Assembly: GCA_048213135.1 (NCBI GenBank)
Contig: PS015058.1
Location: 81,934 to 107,401 of the forward strand
Reading direction: 5' to 3'
DNA from: Reclinomonas americana ATCC 50394
Lineage: Eukaryota
DNA: 25,468 bases
Shown: positions 9,349-19,842 of the stretch, one piece after another
Numbering within the stretch: position 1 is the first letter of the stretch
How the letters are laid out: each line of letters starts with the position of its first letter
Made by a program: the position numbers and the translations under genes
The notes under the pieces: generated by a model
Database searches by the model: none
Seen by the model: only the letters and a program-made list of their open reading frames with translations
Told to the model about the DNA's origin: nothing

Positions 9349-10428
9349 ATGAGGTCTCCCACGCGCGTACACGCCCACTCCCGCGACGTGTGGACGCTGG
9401 CATTTGCCGGTGAGTACGTTGTCTCAGGCGCAGACGACCGCCACATTGTCACCGCGTCGGCGACCACTGGCGCCATTGTGCACTCGCACAAGCACGAAAG
9501 ACATGTGTATGCGTTGGCGGTGACCGCCGACGAGCAACACTGCGTCGCCTGCACCAGTGCGTCCACTGTGAGTATGTGGTCGCTGGGGAACGCTGGCGAG
9601 GAAGTGTGTCGATTTCGCATGGACGCCAACGTGACCATGCATGCAATCGCTCTCACGCCGAGACATCTCCTGGCGCTCGGCGGCGGCAACCACACTGTGT
9701 ATGTGTTTGCCGCGCCCAGTGGCGATGGGGACTGCGAGCTGGAGCAGGAGCCACTGTCGTCGTTCTCGGTGGGTGACCGCGCCAAGCCGTACACATGTTG
9801 CATGGCGGTGTGTGGCGACGACTTGGTGCTGGTGGGTGGGTTCTGTCACGCCATTTACGTGCACTCGCTGGCCGACTGCGGGAGGGAGGTGCGGCAACTG
9901 ATTGGCCACACTGGCGATGTGTTCTCGCTGGCGACGACCGTCGACGGGCTCTTTGCCGTCAGCGGCGGAAACGACAACACCGTGCGCGTGTGGTCCATGG
10001 TCACTGGCGAGCAGGTGCATTGCATGCAAGGGCACACCAATGCCGTGGACAGCGTGGCGGTCTCGATCGATGGGTGTTGGGTGCTGAGTGGCTCCGACGA
10101 CGGCACCGTGCGCGTCTGGTCAATGGACACCGGGGCGGAGGTGTGCCGACTGCCCGGACTCGACAGCACGTGCCAGATACGCTCAGTGGCACTCTCACGC
10201 GATGGACTGCACGCGGCCGCCGGCGACGAGAACGGCATCGTGTCGGTGTGGCGCACCCCGTTCGGTCATGCCATCGATGAACTTCGAGCAATCGAACTGG
10301 CACTGGCCGTCGTGCACGATATGCAAGCCGGCGACGACAAGGAGGAGCGATGTCTGATCGAGATGGTGATGCGCTGCTTCCTGCTGGAGGAAGCGCGGGT
10401 GGTGGCGAGGAGAGTGGCGTGGCAGTAA
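9349..10428 (+). CDS. WD40-repeat protein (about 7 blades plus a short helical C-terminal tail), intronless
   Basis: ATG in AAAAATGA context at 9349. Clear repeats GHTGDVFSLA...VSGGNDNTVRVW, GHTNAVDSVA...LSGSDDGTVRVW and IRSVALS...AAGDENGIVSVW. Confidence 0.93.
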   Translation: MRSPTRVHAHSRDVWTLAFAGEYVVSGADDRHIVTASATTGAIVHSHKHERHVYALAVTADEQHCVACTSASTVSMWSLGNAGEEVCRFRMDANVTMHAIALTPRHLLALGGGNHTVYVFAAPSGDGDCELEQEPLSSFSVGDRAKPYTCCMAVCGDDLVLVGGFCHAIYVHSLADCGREVRQLIGHTGDVFSLATTVDGLFAVSGGNDNTVRVWSMVTGEQVHCMQGHTNAVDSVAVSIDGCWVLSGSDDGTVRVWSMDTGAEVCRLPGLDSTCQIRSVALSRDGLHAAAGDENGIVSVWRTPFGHAIDELRAIELALAVVHDMQAGDDKEERCLIEMVMRCFLLEEARVVARRVAWQ

Positions 10429-10480
10429 AATCGTCCCTTGATATGAGTGTGTCTGTCCCGTCGCGATCGTTTTGCCTCCG

Positions 10481-11792
10481 ATGCCGCGCCTAGACGTGCA
10501 GCGTGTGAACGCGTTCGTCCGTACGCACTGGCGCAAATCGCTGGTGCTGACGGTCGTCGTGTGGAACCTGGTGTGTGAGGTGACAGTTGCCGACACGTGT
10601 GCGTGCTCACTCTCACTCTCTTCAACTCTCACAGCTGTTCGCTCTTGCGCCGCGCATCCCACTGGACAGCCGACCGCCGATCGACACCAGCATGCTGCCG
10701 CGATCAGAGTTGTTCTTGGTGAGTGTGAGAGAGTGAGTGTGAGTGAGCAATGTCGCTCACACACGCGTTGTGGCGCAGCTCGGTGGCATCGGCTACTTGC
10801 ACCGCGGATGCGATTACTTTGCCAACTTGGTCCTCACATGCGCGTGCGCGGTGGTGTACACGATTCACATTCTCCTGCCCTTCCTGTTTCTCGGGTACGT
10901 TGAAAACACATGCACACACTTCCCCCTCCCTCTCTCTCCACACACACACACTCTCCTCCTCTCCATCACTGTCTTTCTATGTGTGTGTCGACTTGCCCGC
11001 ACCATCAGTTGTGATGATCAAACCGTCGTGTAATCTGACGCATTGCAATTAGGTTTTTGTGGTTCCGCGATCGCAACAAGATCGTGCGCTTCGCCTTTGT
11101 GTTTGGCGCGATGAACCTGGCCGCCGTACTCACACAGGTTCGGCGAGGCATTTCCTCACTGCGCTCTCCTTCTCCTCACAGTTGTGAGTTGCGTTCCTCT
11201 GGCAGCTCATGTACCCGACGGCGCCTCCATGGTACCTGGAAAAGTACGGCATGGCTGCGGCCTCGTACAGCATGTCGGGTGATCCGGCACGTCTGCGCAC
11301 GGTCGACGAGTTCTTCAACATTGGCTTCTACAAGAAGACCTACGGCACCTCTCCGATTGTCTTTGGCTCGTTCCCCAGGCACGCACGCATCCATCACCGT
11401 CTCTCTCTCTCTCTATCTCCAGGAGATGATGCTCATCTGTCCCCTCTTCTTCCTTCCCCGCTTCTCAGTATGCATGGCGCGTGGCCAGTTCTGCTATGTA
11501 TTTTCCCTGTGCATCCGGGACGCTGGATGTGGCTGTACGCCGCGTTTGTTAACTTTGCCGCCTTTTACCTGGTGCACCACTATGTCGTGGACCTGCTGGC
11601 CGGCGCCTTTTACGCCTGGTTCTTCAACTGGCTCGGTGAGTGGTGCAATTCTTTTCGGCAAATGGGGGCTGACTGCAGCTCATGCTTCCTTTGTTTGCAG
11701 GCGCTCTCATTTTCGACTCTCACGACATGTCGCCGGAAGAGGTTGCGGCGGCTGGCGCGCGTGGTCGACGCAAGGGAGTATCCGTAGATTGA
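10481..11792 (+). CDS. AUR1: Inositol phosphorylceramide synthase, AUR1-like (PAP2/LPT superfamily), multi-exon membrane protein
   Basis: Spliced motifs IPLDSRPPID..LP, QLMYPTAPPWY, YSMSGDPARL..VD, SPIVFGSFPSMH and YLVHHYVVDLLAG match Aur1 D1-D4 motifs, including the His/His/Asp catalytic triad. FPS|MH is split by a GC-AG intron (11379-11468). The last intron (11636-11700) gives stop TGA at 11790-11792. Confidence 0.88.
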
Positions 11793-11902
11793 AGGTGCAA
11801 GTGAAACCAGTTTTTCCGACCAAATTGACCGTTTACACATTTTTCATTTCATTGGGCGAGAAAACGCACGCCCCTTTGTCTTGTTGACCGTGTGCCGTAC
11901 TC

Positions 11903-14900
11903 ATGGCCAGCATCATTCGCCTCTCGGACAGCGACGACTCGGTGCACGAGGCACTGACGGCACTGGCCGGTTCGTAGAGCACACAGCACATACGCGCGCT
12001 TTGCCGTTTCTGCCACCGTAGACTGACTCTGTGACACACACACGCACACACGCAGACAAGGTGGCTGGCGTCGCAGGCCACGGCGATGGCGAAACAGATG
12101 GGATCATCGATGTGAAGAGCCGTCGTCGCACGCGTCCACCGCGATCTCGTTCAGTGTCGCCGTCCGTCGACATGACGACCACACCGTCCGCAGTTGTCGC
12201 ACTGGACACGGCGTCGCCGGCCGTGCAGTCGGCCCGCTCCATGTGGCCACCACCTGCTTCGGCGCGGCATCAGCGTCTTGCAGCGCGCTACTTGCGCGGC
12301 ATTGACGCGCGACAGACACGGGACGGCGACAACCCGCCACCGCGCGACCGACCCGCCAGCGTCATGGCCGCCATCGACTCAGAGGACCAGCCGAGCGAAG
12401 CGTCGCCGTCGGGCACTGAGGAGGAGGAGGCGATGGCCGAGGAGGAGAGAGAAAAGGCGGAGGCGGAGGCCAGCTTGAAAGCTCTCGAGGGCGAGAAGAA
12501 GGACGACGAGCAGGCAACTGAGAAGCACTGGTTCCAGGCCCTCACGCAGGACGAGTTCATCCGGCAGTTCATTGAGAACATACAGGTGTGTGTGTGTGTG
12601 CTCTTATGTGTGTGTCTGCGTGCATGTTTGCGCTGACTGTCCTGCGTACAGAAACACGACGACGAACTAAAGTACCACGCACTCCGCCGCCTGAGTCGCG
12701 GCTCACTGCTGGTGCGGGACATTGACAACATCAACGAGGACGAATTCACCGAGTTTTACGCCAAGCTCCTGGCGGCAGCTGCGCCGAAAGGTACACGAGC
12801 GCGTGAACTACCTTCCGTTTTCTGTCAGGGCGACTAACCCGATGATCGTCTCCCGTTGCAACAGCCGTCGTGGCGGACGACAAGGCCGTGGAGGCGAGTG
12901 GCAGCGCGCAGCTGCCGGTGGCGTCGCCGATCGATGTGGCTCTGTGGAAGAGCAGCCGAATGGACTCGCTGGACGGGCGCATGTTTTCGGCCAAGGCCGT
13001 CGAATCGGCCCTCTGTGTGCCCCATCCGAGTCGGGTCCGTTTGTTCATTCTCTCGAGCACTCGTGCACCGGCTCACTAACTTTCGCTCGCTCTACACAGG
13101 ATGCGTGCGTGCAAGTAAACATCTCGGACCTGGTGTGCGAGAGCACGCCACGTGCAGTCTCTCCCGAGCCGCCAACAACGCCATCGGCTGATTCTGGATC
13201 AGAGGCGCTGCTTGTGCGTGCTTTTGCTTCCCACCACAAGCGCATGCATCCTGACTGACACTTCGGTGCTTTTGCAGTCACCGTCCGGCACACCGCAAGC
13301 GCAGTCGACATCGCCGCACCCGCGACGAAGCATGCTCACTCTCATCGAGAAAGAGATGCACGCCGAGGCGGTGGCACGCATCGTGCGCAAGCATTCCCGA
13401 CAGGACTCCGTGCCACACGCATCTGCAGTCATGTCTGTGGCCGACGCAGCCGCGGCCATGGCCAACGGCTCGGCGCTGCGTGCTGTCGAGGAGAAACTGG
13501 CGGTGCTCACGAACGAGTTGCAAGACTCGCGAGAGCACCTCGAAATGCTGACAGAGCAGCGAAACGAGATGCAGCAGGCGCGTGACGCGGCGCACTCGCA
13601 GATCGACACACTCAAGTCCGAGATCAAGTACTTGCGGCAGGAGCTCGACAGTGCGCGACTCTCGGAGGAGAACGCGAAAAAGGAGACGAAAAAGTGCCGG
13701 CGACAATTGGATCCCGTTCTCATCAAGCAGGCGTCGTTGGAGGCCGACCTCGCGACCGAGAGGGCGTCGTTTGCGCAGCTGCGCAGTGCCTTTGATTTTA
13801 TCGATCGTTGCGTCGTGTGAAACGCAGCCACGAGATGATGCGTTGCACTTACAGTGTATGGATGGCAACAGGAAAAGTCAACGAGGCCATCAAGAACGGC
13901 GGTATGTAATGCTTCCATCTTAACGCGCACTCTCTCTCCTATCCCAACTCAATTCTCCTTCCGCGCATGCAGGTCGACTAAAGTTGATGGACGCCGAGTT
14001 GCAAGCAAACTACCCGTCCGACGCCATCACCCTGGGTGCGTTTGATCGTGCCACGGTGGTCATTGCGCAGCTGGATGCACGTATCACCGACAGGCGAGAC
14101 AATATCATCAAATTGCTGGACCACGAGTATCGTGCCGCGTTGCACGAGATGCGCAGAAGTTGCGAGCGCCCAGCTGCGAGCGACTTTTTTCTTCCACGAC
14201 ACCTGCTAACATCACAAGCACCGCAGTTCACATCGAGGCCGAGGCGCAGCTGCAGCGACAGCTGCAACAGGCGCGGGTCGAAAGCAGGCAGCTGATGGAG
14301 AAGAACGTCTTGGTGAGCGGCGGATGGACTCACCACAGGAGTAATTTGCATACATCTTGACGACTCGATTCTGTGTGCGCAGTTCGGCAAGGCACTCCTG
14401 TGGGCCCGCAAGCAACTGCAGCCACCAGATCGGCTCGAGCAGCGCCAACGCCAGCAACGAATCCGCGAACAAGTTGCGAGATTGGCAGTCGTGCCAGCGA
14501 GAAATGGGGTGGTGTGCTTACAGTCGAGTGCAGGATGCACACTGCGGATGCACCGTGGCCGAAGTGGAGGAGATGATTCAGTCGTCGGGAGCCGGTGTGC
14601 AGAACGTGCGCGGTGCGATTGCCGGGCAGACGATGCACGAGAAACCGAACCAGGAGAGCGACCAGTCGCGCAAGGTCATTCGCAACATTGAACATGTGGT
14701 CCGCGGTCGCATGGCAGAGTACAAGGAGGAAGTGGCGCTGTTCCAAGATCAACAGCTGGCCGCTGTGCAGGTGCGCTTCCATGTCGCATATCTTTTGTTG
14801 GTGGTTGCACTCATGTACGAATGAATGCACACGACATCAACAGGGAGCGGAGCAGCTGCAGGCGCAAGTGGAGCGCACCATGCAACTGCGTGCGGAACAC

Positions 14901-17900
14901 AAGCGCACCGAGAAGGCCATGAGCGAGCTGATGGACAAGTCGAGTGCACTCGAGGCACGAGTGGAGGAACTCACCACAGCACTTGGCGATGCTCGGTTAC
15001 AAGCGCACCGTGAAGTGGAAGGTGACAGCGTCGAAAAGTCTTCTTGAATCCCGCGCCTGTTCATGCGCTCACTGTCCCGACGCCTGCAGCATTGACATTA
15101 AACGAGGCCATGGACAGAGAGCGACTGCGGAACGAGCTGGCGGAGGTGGCCGAGAAACTGGCGGAACTCGATGCCCGTGAGGTGCACCGCATTGCAGAGA
15201 GAAACACGCTCTCGCGTCTGTGATTCTTTCTGTTGCTGATGACCTGCACTTCTTGTCACACAGCGTACCTTGCACATGGAAGAGGAAAACATTGAGCGGA
15301 TCCGCAACGCACTACAAGTGGACGATCTGCGACACAAGCTGTCTGCAGTGTTGAGGTGCGGGGCACGCCATCACTACTGCACACATGATCAGCAGTGTTG
15401 CTGACCCGTGGTCTCTACATGCATCCAGTGAGGTGGAGGCGAGTGTGAGCCGTCAGGCGCGACGAGTCCTCATTGTGGTGTCGCATGTCGCGGCCAGACT
15501 CGGTGTTGACTTGCCCGATTCTGTTGGAGCCGTGCTGCGTGGAGTCCGCCAATGCTCCGCCTTTGATGCAAGCAGTCCAGAGAGTGTGGCACAGCTGTTA
15601 GCCAGTGCTGACGATGTCGCGGACGAAGTGCAAGAGGTCGACGAAGCGCTCCTGTCCGACAACGAGGTTGACAATGTCATCCGACAGGTCGTCGAGGAGG
15701 CCAAGAGGTCCGTCCGTTCCGCAAGCTCATTTGTCGCTCGTGTCTTGCTCGGTCTGACTTTCTACTGCCTCTCTTTCTCTCTCTCTCTCTTATTTGTACA
15801 GCCACATGGAGAGCACCATGGACATGCTGCGCGGTGTGGCCGACATGTTCACGTCGTGCCTGCAGAATACTTGTCGATCAGCAGCTGGTGGGGTAGACGA
15901 CGACAGCAGCGGCGATCATGACGGCGACTCACCGGAGGGTGAGGATGGCCTAGCGGACGGTGAACGACGAAGCTCAAAGAGCGCATTCAGTGCATCGCTC
16001 GCCGCCGCTCGAGTGGAGATCACTGCGCTGAAAGAGGAGAAGACGAAGCTGGTGAGGAATTCGAAGCGATGTCATCCTTCCTTCCGTCGTCACTCACGTG
16101 TTGCTTTTCTTTGGCCAGGAGCTTTCGCTGGATGAGATGCGATCATTGTTGGAAGACGCAAAGAGCCGCATTGTGGTGGAGAGTGCACGACGCACGGAGC
16201 TCGTCAACAGTCTTCTGTCGTCTGGCAAAGTCACCGAACAGGATATCTCAGAGGCGCAGTCGGCAGAGAGCGAGCAGCAGGCCCTCGCGGCTGCCATGAC
16301 GCTGCGCGACTTGGAAAACAACTCGGTGCGTCTGATGCAGCTCCTGCGCGATGCGGTGGCCGCAGACCGTGCCGTGGCCGAAGATGTCAAGTTGGGCGAC
16401 ATGGCTCTCTCCATTCTCGAGAGTTGCGCGTGGCTGTCAATGTCTGCGTCGACGAGTAATTCCGCTCATGTCGTAACCATTGTGCGCAGAGCGGCTGGAG
16501 CACGTGTGCGAACATGGGACTGATGAGACGCAGTCGAGTGCGGACGGCGACGGTTCGATTGGCGCCGCCACCCACGAGGACATCCTGACGGCTGTCGCCG
16601 ATATCCAGTCGGCGATGAAGCACATTGCCACAGAGAAGGCTACCGTTTCCTCGCTGGTGCAGGACGTGCATGCAGCAGCATTCTCACTGTTACGTCACTG
16701 CCTTGCCTGCTTGCCAGCCTGCTCGTAGAGGACTCATGCATATTCTCCGCAGTGTGGAATCGCTGCCGGCAACCATTGCCCGAGTGCAGGCGGTGGTGGT
16801 GCCGACATCGCTGGCCAACCGCGTCAACAACGCGCGGCCACGGTTGCCAGATGGCGAGCCACTGAACACCACGTTTAGCCACGGAGCGACAGAGATACGG
16901 CGTGGACATTCACAAGACATGTCGGCGCCAGAGGCCGCTTCTGCCAATCGCGAAGCATTCTTGGCCAACTCGGTGTTTGCGGCACCAGTGTTGCGCACCG
17001 GCGTGAGCGCCGGCGGTGGTGAGTCCCTTCCTGCTATGCAGTTGCTTGCGCGTGTATCGCGTGTCCTCAGGAGCGCACTGAATGCAGATCACGAGCTCGA
17101 CGGTCTCACTGTGGTCACCGCCACGCAAGAACCTGCGGCAGAGTCGCACCCAGACGTTGACATGCCCATCTCCAAGCTCCTCGACAAGCTCACCACTCGG
17201 CAGGACCGTATCAAGGCTCATCGCTGTTTCGTCTTGTCCATGCATGTCGGAAACATGCATGCATTTGATCTTACATTGCACTTGCGCCATGCAGCCTGGG
17301 GTATTCAGCGGAAACGAATGGGCGGTGCGTCGTACGTTTTGATGCGTTGCTGATACTTGATCTTGTGACTGACAAAACAACACGACTGTGCGCGCAGCGG
17401 GGACTCGTGTGGCGAATTCGCACTTTTCGGACTCGGGTCGCGGCGGCAATCAGAGGAGGTTTGGTGGCTCGAACTGGCCGCTTACTTCCTACGCTCTGTA
17501 TGTGTTCCAACTTCTTTGCGCCGTGCAGTCGTCGGCTCTGGACGCAATCACGTGACGGGCTGTCGAGCGGTATGCCACAAGCTGGATTCATGCAAGTGAA
17601 GGAGCTGCTGCAGCGCGGACACTTGCAGAACATGTGGGGCCGTCCGGCGAATGGCATTGGCAACCTTCTCGGTACGCAAAAAATTACTTGTCTCCACACC
17701 GTGTACGCCACTCTCTCACCCTCTTGCGGCCGCTGCAGGCACCGATGGTTCTCCGTTTGTGCTGCGCCCCAACCTGTCGTCCGAGCATCGGCCTACGGTA
17801 GCGGTCTCGTCTCGCCACCAAGCGACCATGGCCAACCGTCGTGCACAACCGCTCGGAGCACCAACTGGCCTCCTCTCCAGCGTAGCACCGCTGCCAAAGG

Positions 17901-18171
17901 TCGCCACACCACTACTCGTGGCCGCGCCAATCAGTAGTGCACCAGCTGCCACTCCGCCGCCAACCACCAAGCTGCCCGACATTTCGCGACGACGAGTCGG
18001 TGCCACTGCGGCTGCCGGTACCGGAAGCCAACGTTGCGCCCACACAATCCTCACGTGTCATGCGACCCCTCCTCACTGTGATTGTCCAAAATAGGAGAGC
18101 TCCATCAAGGCAGCAGCAGCAGGAGTCGATCGCCATCGCCGTTGCCGAGCACAGCCAGAGAACCCAGGTAG
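11903..18171 (+). CDS. Large multi-exon coiled-coil protein of unknown function
   Basis: ATG at 11903 (MASIIRLSDSDDSV). About 20 phase-consistent introns link E/Q/L/R-rich heptad segments (e.g. LRAVEEKLAVLTNELQDSREHLEMLTEQRNEMQQ, LQAQVERTMQLRAEHKRTEKAMSELMDKSSALEARVEELT). The final intron 18033-18094 gives stop TAG at 18169-18171. Confidence 0.72.
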
Positions 18172-18239
18172 ATTCCACCGGCTGCGACGAGAGTAACGAG
18201 GAGTAAAGTATAGTGTTGTACTGTTTCACTGTTTCAACG

Positions 18240-19777
18240 TCATCGGGCCTTGGCAAACAACTGTGTCAAGTACCACAACCCTTCGCTGTTCTGATACACA
18301 CCAATGCCGCACCAGTTGAAGTTGCCGAGAACTGCAGAGCACAGGCCGGTGAATTCGTGTGACGTACTCTGCGCACACAGCATCATCGTACGCAACGATT
18401 CTTTCGATGACCCGGACTGTCGATCCAGCCATCCACCACTTGCCTCGCGACGCCAGCATCGGCCGACGTGTATGCCACGTTTTCGCCCGCCGACTGGTAC
18501 GAGAATGGGTAGCGCGCCACTCGACCATCGAACCCCTGGTGCCCAAATGGAACGCGTCCATTGGCCATGTCTGCATGCATGCGCAGCACAGGGTGAGCAC
18601 CAAGAAGAACCAACATTGCGAGAGGCATGGTTTTCCACGGTACCTTTCGAGTGCCCCACACCAATCTCACACAACGCCTGATGCCAACGGAGTGGTGGTA
18701 GACCCTGCGACCTCCGGAACTCGTTGGTATACTGCAAGGCCTCCTTGCCGATGGCCAGCGGTGTGGCAAACGACGCCAGCGTGTGCTCACGCCGATTGCG
18801 CTGCAAGAACTCGTTTCGCGACTCGTCGGCGCCATGTGCTGCAAGAGTGGCGCGACTTGAGTGCACCGTCGTCACTTCTTCTCCAGTGGCACGCGCGGCA
18901 CCACGCACCTTCAAAATCCATGCGCACCGCGCGCTGACGCCGCACCTCCTTGTCCACATCACCCATGTTCCACACCCGCTTGCCCTTCTTGCGACTCTCC
19001 TGTCGCAGCAGTCGCAACTGTTCCGCAGGCGTCAAGCTCGTGCGCGAGTGCGGACGCACGCCGCCACTGCCGTACTGCTGCTGTCGTAGCTGACGAATCT
19101 CTCGCAACTGACGCTGCACTTCGTCCGGGTCGATACGCGCGGCTGCCGATCGCATGATCGACGAAGGGCCGGCAATGTTTGCAGGCGACGCTCTGCTGCC
19201 GCTGGCGGCAGCGGTGGTGGTGGAAGTGGTGGTGACAGAAGGGAAGGACACGTTGTTTGGTCTCTTCCACGGCGGCGACACCACACGGTCTCCATCGTCC
19301 TCGGTGACATCGACGACCTCCACCTCGTCTTCTTGCACGTGTTTTTCGCGGGGCCAGCGACCCCGATCATCGGTACTGTCACTCGCGTCATCCTCCAGGA
19401 GACTAATAGTGGTGGCAGGAGGAGCCTCGGAGACCACTGTGGCCGCCGGATCGTCGTCGTCGATGACGACAACATCATCATCGGCATCGTCATCGACATT
19501 GATCATCTCGACCTCAGAGGGTGACGAGAGGCGACGCAGTTCATCCAGTCGCTCCGATAGCGGCAGTAGTGCTTCGATCACATCCAGAATCGACACGGTG
19601 CCTTCTCCACTGTGGATGCACACAACGCGATTGGCACACACTCACACACTCACTTTGTCATCAGTTGACGTCGCACCTCATTTCGATGTACGCCTCGATG
19701 GTGGACTGGTGCAGCAGTGGCAGCACCGACTGCACTTGCTGCACCATGTCGGCCGTGGACATGTGGTCCTTGCTCAT
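18240..19777 (-). CDS. CUE-like domain + SUMO-interacting-motif cluster + bacterial-type CAP/SCP domain protein
   Basis: MSKDHMSTADMVQQVQSVLPLLHQSTIEAYIEMS...ILDVIEALL (CUE-like); acidic SIM-like motifs; CAP motifs TNEFRRSQGLPPLRW, HSKDMA, FGHQGF, AGENVA, VVDGWIDSPGHRKNLLG and CGIGV...YLTQLF, rebuilt across four introns. Confidence 0.85.
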
Positions 19778-19842
19778 CGGGCGACACAAAAAAACAAAGT
19801 GGACAACTCGTCCGATTTTGATCACTCTTCACACAGCTCCGA

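Noticed and set aside
18840-18908. Possible zinc finger CRACHW...HSC in ORF 18787-19641
   Set aside because: It falls inside the G|GTGCGT...TTGCAG intron needed to reach the CAP reading frame.
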